64,000 nt of DNA from Fimbriosthenelais zetlandica (lineage: Eukaryota): contig OZ365112.1 in assembly GCA_977030845.1 (NCBI GenBank), forward strand, positions 5,084,001 to 5,148,000, in the 5' to 3' direction. A program made the position numbers and the translations under genes. Under the pieces are notes generated by a model. It searched no databases. It was not told the origin of the DNA and saw nothing but the letters and a program-made list of their open reading frames with translations. This document shows positions 1-14,281 of this stretch, in pieces. Positions within the stretch are counted from its first letter, which is position 1. Each line of letters opens with the position of its first letter.

Positions 1-3000
1 TCTTAATTAACTGGTGAATAATACTTAGTAATTCGAACAAATATTTTCCAATCAACTGGGAAATATTGCCAGGGGCAGGTCTAAATATATGTGGAGGAAA
101 TTATCCGGAAAAAACTTGAAATAAAATATCAGGGAAATCAATATAGAAAACAATGAATTAAATTTTCTTCATAATTACTCCGAGCTTTGGCCAAATAAAA
201 CTATATTAACAAAGCCAAAAGATCCCGAGTCAAATCCAAATATCTGAGGTAAATCAATGGTGCCAAACTAGAGGATAAAGCACAGGTATTTTTTCATTAG
301 TTTCGTAACAAAAAAACAACAAAAAAACGCATACATATATATAATTTGCTGTTTACAACCAATGGTAAATGTCGAATATAATTGTAATAGATTTTGGTGA
401 AGTAATTGATAGAGTACATCCAATCATGGGCTTATATTGGATTAGCGGTCAATGTGGGTGTTAAATTGAGATGAAATTGTGATCAATTATTTACCAGGAT
501 CCAGCTAAACCAGTATGTTAAATCCAGGGTTCAATTAAGGCAATAATAAAACTACAAGCTGAACGTTCACTTATAATATGACACAAGGGAATATATTCAA
601 CATGTTTGCCATTTCTAGTCACATTTGCCTGCTAAAATAAGCATTTCTTCTTAGGTTTTTCCTCAAATCCTTTCATATTTGTGACCACGGGTGACTGTAG
701 ACTGACTAGCTCTCATATCTCTGACACAGTGTAGTCTCACCCACCCACCTTCAATCATAGGTCATCGGTTCATTATTCAGGTTGGGAAGGCTGGCGAGGT
801 TGATTTTATTAAATTTCAAGCTTTTTTTTTTTTTAGTTATTATACAATAAAAGAAGAAACAGAGACTTTCGCAAGCCTAACATAGGTCATGAAGTAACAT
901 ATTTTAATGTTATTAGCTCAGAGTGAGCGAGCAAAGAGCAAGAAAACACGGGAATCTGAGCCAAAGACCTTCACAGTAACACAGCTTCACTTTTCCATAG
1001 CCAAGCCTCTCCCCGGGAACTAATAGTGAACACTCGCTCACTATAATACCTCTATAGTATAATACTGATATACGGGTGAGATATAATGTTACCCTGGCAA
1101 CCATTAGACTGACAGGTAGTGGTTACCAAGATAACCATGCCATGTTACACCTCATTATGTGATGGTCATCTCGTTGTCTCACGTCCACGTCAGAGGGCGC
1201 TGGTGAGGAAGTGACCACCTGACCACGTGACATGAAGGTCAGGCAGTGACCTCTGGCCATGTTTTATTTATAATTTATGTCGTTAACATCATTCTGACAT
1301 TCACGTTCATATAGATCATACTCTATATGATGGCTCGGCTAGTACAGGTGGAGTGTTAGAAATCCTGCAAGGAATCCATTCATTCATTGACCTATATACT
1401 CCCTCATTTACTTTACTCATTAATTTAACTGTCTACCCCCCCCCCCCCCACTCAATCCCTCAACTTGATTAACTCAAAATCTTATCTAATTAATCATTTT
1501 AGTAAGCCCTGATTCAGATGATTGAGTGACTGAAAAGCTCATCTAATTAATAGCAGATTTACTCTCTCATTAACTCAGTAGCTCACTCAATCCCTCACCC
1601 TCCCATTGACTGAGTGAGCCAATAGCTCACATACTAACCTACTCAACCGATTCACTTAGTGATTCCCTCATCTCCCACCCACATGTAGCCTCAATGTATC
1701 TACAGCAGGACCATACCACCTGACCAGGGATTCAACTTGGGATTTTTTTTTGCTCATATATGTAAAGGTCCTTGGTGGCTTCTTGGACCAATCTCCAGGA
1801 AATTCCAGAAGTCCATCAACCTTTATATTAAAACAAACCAGATTCCATTCCATAATCTATTAATCCATTCCATAATCCATTCATCCATTCCATAACCCAT
1901 TCCAAGATGATTCAACAATGCACGACCCACCAACAATCCCAGCAATGTTCCCATATCTACCTTTGACTGTTTATATTCCATTTTTGCCCCTCACTCGTGT
2001 CTACCCCCCACCCCCACCACCAGACATGACCTTGGTGACCTGACCTTTGACCTTGTAAATGACCTTGACCTTGGTATGAGGGGGGTTGTTACAGTAATGG
2101 TTTGTTTTAGTAGTGAGGTGTGTAATATGCTGGTGAGGGGTGGGCCATGGACAGATGGTCCCACTTACATACTGCTTAAACGCACGGGGTGGAAAACGCA
2201 AGATTAGAGAGAGATAGGGCGCATTCTCAGCGACAGGGGGCGACGGTGGGGCATGTCTATATACCAAATACTGAGGAGATTATAAAAACTTCTTATCCAC
2301 TCAGGTGAAATGAAGGAATGCTTTTTAAAAGTTTTGGTTTCCTTGATGGCAAGGGACCATGCTGGAATAGCAACGTTTCCAAGAAATAGACTTGCTAAAG
2401 TCTCTGATTTAGAAAAGAGTGTAGTCTCGGTATTATAGGGGAGCAGTGAAATTGGATTTTAAAGACCCCAGGTAGTCAATATTTAAGCAGGTGACTACAG
2501 ACTTTTCAAAAGATTATTTTTCACAAATGGGATTGATTTCCTAATCTTCAGGCAACACATTTATCAATCTATATCTCTATTAAAAAAAAGAAGGCGATAT
2601 CTGTGTGCAAGTCTATTATAAGCAGTTTCACATGTACTAACATTCCAACGTGGCAGACTGAAGCCTGATCAGCAAGGCCACAGAGACTAGACTCCTTATA
2701 CAAGATCTCTGGCAAGGCTACAGACTACAGTAAACCTCTATTAGTGGACATCTCTGCTTAACTTTACAGTAAAATTTCATCATTTTACTCTAAGGACGAA
2801 CGAATAGCTCAGATTAGTGATAGCTCTCTGATAGCTCTCAGATTAGTAATAGCTCTCTGATTTAAGGAACTGTTCTAAATAAGTCAATGATGTATGAGTT
2901 AATCCCAGGTTCCATCCCAGGTTCCATATTCTCACATTTCGTTATATTGATCATACCTATTGATCACTGAGCTGGCTCGAAATGCTTATTAAAGCCAAGA

Positions 3001-4602
3001 AATGTGTATGCCCATTGAGTTAATTATGAGTACTCCATTTATGAACTTGATTCCTTTACTTCTTTTGACATAAGTTCTGAATAATGAACACTTTGTCACA
3101 TTTCCAACTTCTCGAGGCATCATATACAGAACCTTCTGATCAGGGAACACCTCCAGATATATGAAGAACACTTTATAAAGCATCCACAGTGTCTATTATA
3201 CAGAGGGTTAACTGTATTTCTCAGAGCCTACATTCTCAGGGCCTACATTTAGGTTATTGCCATAATTAAATTCAGGACAAGGTTTTAGACACAGCGCAAA
3301 CAGGAAGTGCAATGAAGTGACACCAGTAATGGTTAATACTTCATGAGAAAGGCTGGTCATTAATGTACACTATGGACAAGAAATATATATGCACTTCTGA
3401 CTTGCAAATTGAAAACGTGTTCTTTTTATCAAATCATAATAAACTACTAATTTCACTGTTACAATATCCTACAAGTATCTTTTCTTCCATAAGCTATCTT
3501 TACTCCAATTTTATACATGGTCAAATGTCAAAATCGTTGGCTAAAATGTATCACGATTTTCGAACCTTGAGCAAAACAATTTTTGGTCACAGTGTATATG
3601 GGAGGGGAATTAATGGCTCGGTAATAGAAATGCGAGGCAATTAGTTGACAATGTAAATAACGGTGCTTTACAATGTTGACAGTGGCGCTGTCACAGATGG
3701 GAGATAACAAGTAGAGATTAGTGCGACAGCTGTCAAGTATAGGTGTCAGTAATGTATGTAAGACATTGTCTAACTTCTCACCAGGGGGCGTGAAAGATGT
3801 GACAGGGGGCTGGATGATCCATATACCTTCATACACAATACAAGGCCAAGAAAAAAAATGGTTTCTAGTAACACTGGGAGAAAAATATTATATCCCTGGC
3901 CCGCCTGGGGCTCTAGTATGGAGGGACTATGTCATTGTGACAGGACAGTGGAGCTTTATTTTTATGAACATATTTTCTTAAGCCCTTCCTCCATAGAGTT
4001 TTTTTTATTCAAGCATAAAGATAGCTTCATATAACACAAGGCCAAGAAAATACTGACATGTCTCTAGTAACATTGGCTTAAGAAGGCCAAGAAATTCATT
4101 ATTTATAAATCATAAAAAGTTAGGGACATACATGCAGATTTTATTCCAAAATATAAGCAGGATAGAGTGTTTAAGCAGGATAGAAATTTGAGCTGTCTCT
4201 ATTGCTAGAGTACACAATTGCCTCTCAACGTGGACATTTTTTGGTGAATTCAGAAAATTTAATTGTCAATTCTGTAGTGTAAGCCTACTGTATGTCCCTT
4301 ACCTTTTGTAGCAGAAGTATCAGGTAACACTTAATTCACTTGGTTGGATCTTATTTTTAATTGAATAAATATCTTCTAAATATTTCTAGAATTATTGATC
4401 AAAACATCAACTAAAAATAATCAAGTGGAATCCGTGGGAAAAAGTTATTTTCAAGTTATTCCTCCTTCCTCCCGCTCAATTAGGGAACGGAAGTGTTTCA
4501 ATTAAAGGAAAAAGAATAATTAACTAACGGAGCTTAATTATCCTAACAACTTGAAATGTTCCAACAGTTGGACCAGAAACAAGGGTTTTTTTTGTAATCC
4601 AG

Positions 4603-4662
4603 CGATCAGACTGCCAATCGACGATCAGACTGCCAATCGACGATCAGACTGCCAATCGACGA
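4603..4662. repeat. Perfect 19-bp tandem repeat, 3 copies
   Basis: (CGATCAGACTGCCAATCGA)x3. Confidence 0.9.
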
Positions 4663-4752
4663 AATGACAATGACTTTATATTTAAACATGCCTGAGGTAA
4701 ATGCTTTCCTATAGTGAACACCACATAGTTAACTCTCACTAAACCACCAGTA

Positions 4753-5098
4753 CAGTGACCATCTCACTAAGTGATCATCTCAATCAAGCGACCATCTCAC
4801 TAAGTGATCACTAAAATGTATTGGTCTGAACCAAATGTTTAACACCACTAAGAGTAAACTAATGTTTTCCAGCATTGTATGACCACTAAATGATCAGAAC
4901 CAAATTTTCTCTAAGACATACTCTCTAAAGCGACCGTCTCACTATGTGACCACTAAACGACCACTTACAACCAAAAGGTTTTAAATTTTAACACCGCTAA
5001 TTGAACCCATACCTACTAAAGCGACCATCTCACTAACTAAGTGACCACAGTTATAAAAGCTGAATCTCAGTGGTGAGCGTTATAGTGAGGTAGCACTG
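4753..5098. mobile_element. Tc1/mariner-superfamily MITE (CAGTG family)
   Basis: TA-flanked imperfect TIRs CAGTG...CTCACTA with internal GCGACCA repeats. Confidence 0.6.
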
Positions 5099-6823
5099 TA
5101 CATGTCTATAGAGTAAGATATAGATGATGATTATGAGTTGACCTAGTTGGTGACAGGTCGTCTGGCAGGCAGCCCATACCGCCCCCAGTCTGTATATATA
5201 GAGATCAACTCAATCATTCTAAAATATGATAATCAACATCAGATGACTTCACCCTACCAATTATCAACAAACTATTAGGTGCTACCTTTTTTGTCAAAAA
5301 TTTAACAAGTAATTTTATTCCATGAAGTTTTCTTTCAAGCTGTCAAGTAATATTATAAAGAAAGAAAATTCTTTTTCCTTAAAAATAAAGTTCGCATGTC
5401 TGCGATATATTAAATATGTGAGAATTTTCCCATGAAAAGCAATATTTCCTTAATTCTATCACGATTTCCCTTCTTTGTTGGACAGAGCTAGTTCCCACAG
5501 AGCGAGTAGAAGGCACTGATCACATAGCAGGGCCCCAGCTAGCCCTAAAAACGCAGGAGCCATTTTTGTCGCCAATTGGGGTTCCCTTGTCCAAGCGAAA
5601 TGGAAAAGAAGGAAGCCAGGAAGAAAATTATTTTTTAGGGTCAATTAGACAAAAACGACGTTATTGTAGGCCCTAAAATAGTATTAGAAAAGTAGAAGTG
5701 GAGACTGCAGTTTGCCTTTTCAAAGATTGCAAGGTCAAAATTTTTGCAACAAGGCTTCTTTCCAAGAATTTATTTTAGAAGCAGCCATAGTGGCCAAGTA
5801 ACTCTATATTTTTTCGTCATTGGCCCTGCACAGTACATTATACTCTGATCTATAGAGGGAATAATGTGCGCCGATTGTAGACCAGACAGTGGTCCAGCCA
5901 ATGATGGTATAGACTATAGAGGTAATGGTGAGCACCTGTGGTCAGTTCTGGTCATGTAAAGGTATGATTATAACACCTGTTGGTCAGTGACATCTGGTCA
6001 CTCACCACTGACCGTTTAATATGATCATCATTATATAGACAGGACGCCATATGTGTCCATCACTAGCACCTGTCAATCATTCAGTATTATCTAGTGTATT
6101 ACATAGACTAGGCCTAGAAGTATACAAGTATACTCGTTGCCTATATCAATAACCGCTACTAATCATACAGTTTTATTATCTACTGTCATATTATTTATGA
6201 TTCATAAATAAACAAAATCACCCCCATCACACTGGACAAACCACAAACATACCCATTCCCAGCTGTGGGCCTAAACAACAAAAGTAAAAACTCCATTATT
6301 TAGTGAATTAAATTGTCCAGTTTAACGGCGTTGTACCCTATATTTATGGGCTAAATATTATTTTCATAATATTATCAGATTTTCAGATTTTCTGTTCCAA
6401 GTCTTGTTGACAATACTTGCATTTATATTACAAATTTCAAATATTTAATATGGAACATAGACCGTTAAAACATCAGTCAAATCAAGGGGCCTAGGGCCTA
6501 AAGACACCAAGAGAAACTGAAGACCACTTTATGAAAGTATCAACAGTTTTTGAAGTTATTTCTAATCGTGATTAGTTTTTTTACGAGCCTGTAGTAGTAC
6601 ATGCTTGATAGGTTATCTTTGAGTCATATGACTAGCCAGCCCTTACTGGGGTGTCTAGGTGCAGAAAGGTCACCACTGTCACATTCCACCATCCACTGTT
6701 ATCATCGGTAATCCTTATCTAGACCACAGGTATGTGGGGGGATTACCATAGAAGTTATAAATAGAACTGACCGAGGGTGGTTGCTGCTTTAATCCACACC
6801 CTGTGATTCAGATTCACCATTAA

Positions 6824-7052
6824 AGCCCGACATCCACTGTACGATCTTAGATTTTTCTCATCGGCAAAGATCAAAATAAAATCGTTCCGGATCATTTCTC
6901 TATTGATTTAACATTGAAAAATCGGCGCCGATCCCAAGATTTTGGCATCCACCAGCCCGATCATCTGTTTTGGGGGTCCCGATCCCGTTTTTGTGATCGC
7001 TTATAAATGTTCGCAAAATCGGGATGAAAATCGGGCTGGTGGATGTCAGGCT
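6824..7052. mobile_element. Harbinger-like MITE (AGCCCGACATCCAC TIR)
   Basis: TIRs AGCCCGACATCCAC / GTGGATGTCAGGCT with TAA and TTA flanks; second copy at 62759-62933. Confidence 0.7.
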
Positions 7053-10000
7053 TTAGGAGGGGGTGAGCTCAGTAGGTCAGAGCATGATGGTAAACCTCAC
7101 CATTTTTTCATTCAGTCATCTATTTATCTATTTATTCATATCGAAACGAGTGACACAGAGTGAGGCTTCGTGAATCATTAGACATAAAAAAGGTTTATGT
7201 AAATTAGAGTTGTATCTAGTTTAGAGTCATTTTACTCTAAGCATCTAGTTTCTAGTTGGTCTAGTCTAATCTACGAGTATAGAATTCTCGTTGGTCTAAT
7301 CAGTGTGGTGTACCCCGGTAGTCTCTCTGGTCTAATCTAGAGACCATCTAGTCTCATGCAGGGGGTTCCAATGATGGTAAGGTTGGAGGTTCAATACCCG
7401 AGCTGTCCTATGTATTTTCACTGCCTCCCTCCTCGTGGGTTTTTTGTAAGTTTTAAAGCACATGTACGTAGGAAGGTTAAAAGATTTTCTTTAAAGAGCC
7501 CCAGCTGAATATCACTTAAAGTTGAGAAATCATGTTTGTCAGTTGGCTACCAGCCTAGTCACATGGCTTCATGAATGTATAAAGCTCCATGTAAGCCAGA
7601 ATAAAGCATGGCTAGACGGTATACTAAACCATGTGAGTGATGTCCCCGCTCTGGTATCAGTTTATTGATTTAATTCACAGGTAAGTTAGAGCTGTAGCTT
7701 GTCATCTTTATAATGTAAATATCATCCACCAGTGAGCCTGTTATAGTGTATGATCAACAGTCAGTGAGTCCACCTGTTACAGCGTTATTTATACAACAAG
7801 GCGTGGTCCCTGCTCCTCCTCGGGGGATGGGGATCTAAGTTTCAATTGACAAAGAAATCATTCCATAATTTTCGTCCAAGAGCCAGAGTAAGGGAACTTG
7901 TACAATAGATCTATGAAGGAATTTAACGTGCTGGATATATGAGAAACATTACGCTATAATCAGCCTGATACTCTTCAGTTCTTGTAACTTCTGGTCCTTC
8001 CTTAAAAGATAATGAGTTTTTAAAATCCGCACCCTGAGAATTTGCCCAAATTTAAGGAGTTTTTTTTTGCTGAAAATAAAATATAAGGACCCTGTAGGAA
8101 CCCTGATGATTATCAACTAAATGAAGGGAGGGAACCTGTATAATAGACAATAGTAAACTTCCGTCTAATAGGCTCATCTCATTAAGGCCTGATTAAGGGT
8201 GATAATTAATGACATCATGTAAAATACAGGCAGTTACCATACATACATCACGGCCGTATATCATGCGTGCAATAACTGGAACGGTATTAAACGTCCACGG
8301 AACAGTAGTAGACTTGTATCGGACTCTCTACTATTATCTATTTTAAAACAATATGTTTTGATATTGATCTGGAAATATTGTCTGGAAAAATATCTGAAAA
8401 TCTATCTCTATCTATTGTCTATGGAATCAGGAATCTATGGAAATTGGAATCAGGAATCTTACAACACACTGATCTATATCTATGTAACTTTAGTATAATA
8501 TTTCATGCATTTTTCTCACAATTTCTATCCTTCTTCCTGCCCAAGCAGTACAGAAAAATTGTTAACCAATTCTCTAATAAAAAACTACCACAAATCTTAC
8601 TTCTATCCAACCAACGAAACTAGTCTCGTTGATCCAACGAGTATAGATTAAGAATATTCTACACTCGTTGATATCCAAACTAATAGATAATGTTGAGTTT
8701 GTCAGGAGTACAAGAAGCTTTCTCTTCCACATGGTAAACCACCCATAGAGGGAGGGGAGAGGTGGAGGTCTGTACATTCTCCAGCTACACACGACGCGAG
8801 CATTCACGGACAGAACACGCGTCCATTTTTTCGTTTTAATTTTCCATTAAAACGACTTCATCATACGATGTTAAATCACGTTAGACCTACTACGGGGCCT
8901 TCTCAAAAGTTGGCAAGGTTTTTCTCTATATTTAAATCCTTTAAAACAGTAGTTGGTGGTCCAAGGTCCACTTTAATTTCTGAAAACTAGATCATGGATA
9001 TCAGTTTCCATGATTTCAACCAGTTTTTCACACTTTAAGATAGGAGGTGGTGTGGTGGCTCCAAATTGAAGCACTTAAATTTAGAAAAAAACTTTTGAGA
9101 TGGACCCTGCCATCTGCATGCTATCATGATGTGTGGTAGGGTTTACTTTAGCATGAATTCGCCTGGCAGCGTATTGGATACTCAAGCTATTGTATCCATT
9201 GAGGCCTGGAGGATAAATTCATATATATCACGTTATATGAGCTACTCCGAGTAAGAGGTACATTTATTGGAGCGGTTCCTGGTCTATTTATAGACCACGA
9301 GCACTTAGTGTAACGAGGGTCGATGGGGCATGTGGTGTGTGGGGTGTGTTGTGTGTTTAGGGGGTGGGGGGGTGGGGGGTCTGTGTATGGGAATATATGG
9401 GTTGTAACTATGTCAATATTAGAAGTAGAAGGGCCTAACACTAGCTGGATTGCGGAGTTACGGGGCTGGATGGGAGTGGGGGTAGGGGTCGGGGGCACTT
9501 TGTTATGGCCATGTGAATGGTCTGTTTAAATGTTCGTGCCTTCTGTCTTGATCTCCAGGGCGGGGGCGGTGAGAAGGGGGGTCACTCTGGGGGTTACAAC
9601 TCGAGATAAATTTTAAAATATTCCCACTTTACCCATAATCAGCAAATCTAAAATTTCTCTGGTTTATCTCAGAATTTCCAGGTCATATTCCCAGGCCTGA
9701 ATTGAGCAGTTTACCCTGAGGAATGGTAAGGCTGGAATATAGAGGGAGGGGGAGAAGGAAGGGAAAAGGAATAGAGATGGTGAGTGGGGCATTTGTGATT
9801 AAATTCTGATTAAGTCCAGGGTGAAGATTAGGGATAAGGTTATGGACAAGGGATGGAATTAAATACATACATGTGCAATATGTTGGGTCAATGTAAAATG
9901 CAACTGTGATATAGTACATGTGGAAAATAAACGCTATTGCCAGTTTTGCTAGGGTACAAAAAGAAAACATAATACATACATGTGTGCATGTAATGGTGGA

Positions 10001-10132
10001 TAGGGAGGAAGTGGGACATAGTTGAACGCTTGAGACAGAAGGGGTTAAAAGGATGGGGGGGGGGGGGGGGGGGGGGGGTAGGAAGGATCATTGACCAGGG
10101 GAAGGTATGTGTATCTAGGTATGTATGAGATA

Positions 10133-10350
10133 CAGTAAAACCTCTCTGTAATGGACACTTTGAGGAAGGTTCAGTAAACCAGAGCTTATAATGCACTACA
10201 GACTCTTTGACTAAACGGAGGCGTTCCCTAATCAGAGGGAGCTGAAATGAACTTGTGAATCTAAAACAGTGTTCTGTATATATATTAATGGTTTTCCTTA
10301 ATGAAATGTGTTCCCAAATAATTATTGAGGTATTTATAAAGGTTTTACTG
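10133..10350. mobile_element. Tc1/mariner (pogo/Tigger-like) MITE
   Basis: TA|CAGTAAAACC ... GGTTTTACTG|TA, giving TIRs and a TA target-site duplication. Confidence 0.75.
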
Positions 10351-11959
10351 TAGAAAGGTATGTATGAGGGGTAGAAGGGGAGTATAAGGGGGGTTGGTAG
10401 ACAGATGGACTATTAATGGCTGTACTTTGATGGTTGGGGGGTGGTAGGGGTGGGGGAGGTGGTGTAGGGGGTGAGACTGAGGGGCCAAAGTACCAGGTCA
10501 TGATGATAGAAGCCTCGAGCTAGTGATACATTCCCATTCATATGATCACAAGAACCAGTTACTACCTTACTCAGTGACTCGGGATTTATGTAGGGTATAC
10601 ACTAAGCTGAAATATAAATCGATTTAGAGAGAAAAATCTCATTTATCTAGAGGTTCTCTTTAGTGATAGTAAATTCACCTGATCGCCTCTAGATCAGTTC
10701 CATAAGACATAAATAAACTATTACACATTTTTAATATTATCGGTTCTCTCCCAACTTCCCAAGTCTAATTTTGGTTGGGAATTTAATGGGTTTAACGCCT
10801 TACTAGTGGGAGCCAGGTAAGCGTCTGCTAGTCCATATATAGAGGTGTGTAGGTGTAAGGTAGGAGGTATCTGATCGTCACTTAGTCATCACCATGGTGA
10901 TATCAATTACCATGTAAGGTAACATACCTACATGGATGGCCTATGTCTCTCCCCCTCTCTCCGTCTCTCTTCCACCTTCTCTTCTACTTCTAACCCAAGG
11001 CTATTCATGATTCACAAAATCTTTCTCAAGTCAGTATGCTTCACAATAGGGCTTAAAAATTAAGGAATTTCTTTACAAAAGTATACATTTACTCGGGAGT
11101 TTTGTGGCATTTTAATATAAAAATATATTATCCACCAATTTACAACAAGGCACCTGACAAAATCTGGCTGTCATGCTTTCAGTGTTATATCTTAAATTAA
11201 AAAAAATAATTTTAAAGTGTGACTAATCAAAAATCATCATGGGGGCTACCTGGGAATGTTCTACTGTTTATATTCGTGTCCTAGGCGACTGAACAATGAG
11301 CTAAATTGATAGACTATTATTAGATGGATTCTCAAGTCAGATTTATAAATAAATCTATTCTCCTGAGTTGAAGGAAGGAGTGTTTTTGTATTTTACACGG
11401 TGTAAAGCACAATAAGCGTTTAAGAGAGGAATGAATGAGTGTGTGAGTTAGCTGTGTGGAGGTATGTGGCCCTATATTTACCTCACCCACCTCTCAGCCT
11501 ACCTCTGTACACACAATCTCTCTACTCGAGGCCCACGAGTACAGCCCACTGCTCGTGAAGACCGAGTGAAGGGCGAGTTGTGTGTGAGGTCATTTTTAGG
11601 ACACAGCTGGCCGATTTTAGATGATAGCCCCTGGACTTAATGGTGAAATATAGAGGCTACTGTCTTATAGCTGCCTCAGCTTACAAGGCCGCATGAAGGG
11701 TGTATGTACCTATGTTTAGGTCGATATTTCAATACAAAGCTCGACCAGTTGAAGTCAAGGACATACTTGAAGTTGAGATAGATGAAAATAAAAGACAGTA
11801 AAACCTATGTGGGGAACACCTTGGCAAGCTGGGCTCGCTCTACCCGATCGCATTGTCGCAATTTGCGAATAAAAATGCTACTTTACTAAAAGAAAATGGC
11901 TCTTATTCGCAAAATTTGCGAAATAAAAATTACGCCTATATTGATTTTGAAAGGGCGTT

Positions 11960-12065
11960 TTACCTCAAATTGTTTCCTTCAAATTGACATCTGCTAAACC
12001 TGACCGCAAGTTGCTATAAGAAATTTGGTGTCTTTAGCACTTTTTGCTAGAAGAAATTTGTGGCT
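11960..12065. repeat. Dispersed repeat with an inverted copy at about 41005-41100
   Basis: TGTTTCCTTCAAATTGACATCTGCTAA...AAGAAATTTGGTGTCTTTAGC.CTTTTTGCTA is shared between the two loci in opposite orientation. Confidence 0.7.
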
Positions 12066-13149
12066 AGAATTAGCCCAGCAACTTGGGAACTGAAAGCATG
12101 TTCACTATATGAAGGTGTTGCCTAATCAGGGAGAGGGATTATGAGCTATGTCGTGTGAGATATCATCACTATATGGGGGTCTTCACGAATCACATCGAGC
12201 TGTATCTATATGACATTTCAAACACAAAAACTAGTCCCGAGGAACTTTTTTCATTTGATTTAGTTAAACTTTGTATAAAGTCTGTCATAGCTGATACCAG
12301 GTCACAAGCTTGTTGGTTCAATTTTTAAGTATGATTATGGTAGGGTAGGGGGCATATAGGATTAGGATTTAGGAATGGGGGAAAAGTGTTGAGGTAATCT
12401 TTAATCAGAGGTGTTCACTAATCCCGCATGTCTACCAGTAAAACATACTGAGATAATCCCCTATAAACACGGGAGATAATCTAATGTACATCAATGTCTT
12501 ATCTCTCTAATCTCACAGTGGAAGCAATAATCTACAGTCTATATACATAAACCATGTCAACAGGCAAATCAGCTACAAACATAAACAAACTTCAACTTCA
12601 CAGTTACTCTCAAGGGGAATTCTTGAATAAATACAATCACTTGAAAAGATTATTTCTGGAATTTCTATGCCATCCTCTTCACTAAATGATTGAAGAATAG
12701 GATCAAAAAACAAATTAGTTTTTCCTAAAATTTCTAAATTATTGATATCAAGGTTTTCCTGATAATTAAATAATAGTCCTTAAATGATATAAGGTTTTGC
12801 AGACATTCCATTTCTAAATACCATTGGCATTCCCAGACAAAAGGATTGAAGGCAGCAGTCTGGGGGGAGAACTATATATTCTATGTATCAATTGCCAACA
12901 TTCTCTGTGAGGTTTATATAGGATTTATATAAGCAAAGTCCTGCCTATATAGACACCCAGAAAGCCGGTGGGAGGAATTTTAGACTGAGCCAATATAATA
13001 TTCCAGCACATGAGGGAATCACAGGGAAGGCAGCAGGCTGTGGAGAGGCTTTATGAAGGCTGTACTGGGCTAGCCTCTAAATGACAGGCTTTAACCGAGC
13101 AAACACCAGCATACAACATTATCAACGGATTCTATTCTATTATACTCTA

Positions 13150-13286
13150 CAGTGGTTTCTCACTTAACTACTACCTCACTAAACGACCATCTATGTGACC
13201 ACCAAATGGTCAGAACCAAATGTTTTACTGAAGCGACTAGCTATATGATTAGGCACAATGCTGGTCGCTTTAGTGAGACGAGACTG
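13150..13286. mobile_element. Tc1/mariner-superfamily MITE (CAGTG family)
   Basis: TA|CAGTGGTTTCTCACTTA ... TAGTGAGACGAGACTG|TA; internal sequence shared with the 4753 and 62180-62378 copies. Confidence 0.6.
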
Positions 13287-13953
13287 TATTCTCAAAGCAT
13301 TGGGAGTGTCGAGCCACTGATTGAATAGTCCGTTTATCTGAGGTTTACAAACATTAGCCTGGCACTTGGAGCATGTCATTCAGTGTACTGCCACAACACA
13401 CTGGTTAATCAATTATAAATGGTCATATTCACATACTGTCTCATATATTTAATGCCTGATTACTTTGTTTACCCAAATCATAATCCATTACCTCCAGGTC
13501 AATACATAATTCATAGTATCAAAGAAAATAGTTCAATATGTGGAAGACAGTGCATGGACAAATTATGCACCGTTGTATCTCATTCTATTATTTAATTTCT
13601 ATGCATCTATCTATGCATAATAAATGAATATACATGTATATGCATAACAAATAGATAGCCTAGTAGTAAGTCTTATTGATGATTTTTTTTACTAGTTTCA
13701 TCCCCGACCCTCACCAATAAACATAACAATTCTCCCTACCAACACTTCGTCCAAACGTGTTCTTCTTCTCACAATTTATTTTAGATACATTGAATTCTCC
13801 TGAATAGTATCCAAAAATAGAACATAAACTGATGTGAGAGCGCTGGTACACAGGGAGGATAATGGTCAGTTAGATATACATATGGCATGGTACATACAGC
13901 CTACTGTCATAATTACCACGTCATCATGGTAGTAAATTACTCTATATTATGTA

Positions 13954-14281
13954 CAGTAAAACCTACAACAGTGAACACATCTCACTCAGAAACCTCGAGA
14001 ATAGTGAACACTCTGACAGTCTAAAGCTCTTGAGAATTAAATGAACAAATGGAGGAAGGTGAGATCTAGCACCGTCTCTTTTCTCATAAAGTTCTTGAGG
14101 TGTCTTATACAGCTCCCTTTGATTAGTGAACACCTTTATAGTGAGTTGTTCACATTTTCCCACTAGAGTTGTGTTGTATCCCATACAACTCTCTCTGATT
14201 AGGGAGCTCTAAATAGTGATCTCTAAATAGTGAACACTTTCTCCCAGTCACTGAAGTTTTTATTTTATGGAGGTTTTACTG
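13954..14281. mobile_element. Tc1/mariner (pogo/Tigger-like) MITE
   Basis: TA|CAGTAAAACCT ... AGGTTTTACTG|TA with internal AGTGAACAC repeats. Confidence 0.75.

Noticed and set aside
7938-7985. Possible minus-strand LASP exon (EGPEVTRTEEYQADYS)
   Set aside because: The splice signals are weak and there is no nebulin-repeat or SH3 similarity.
13191-13379. MTCSKCQANVCKPQ resembling a piggyBac-type Cys-rich tail or a LIM exon
   Set aside because: It has only one CxxC, most of the ORF runs into a MITE, and there is no transposase or LASP exon-2 motif.
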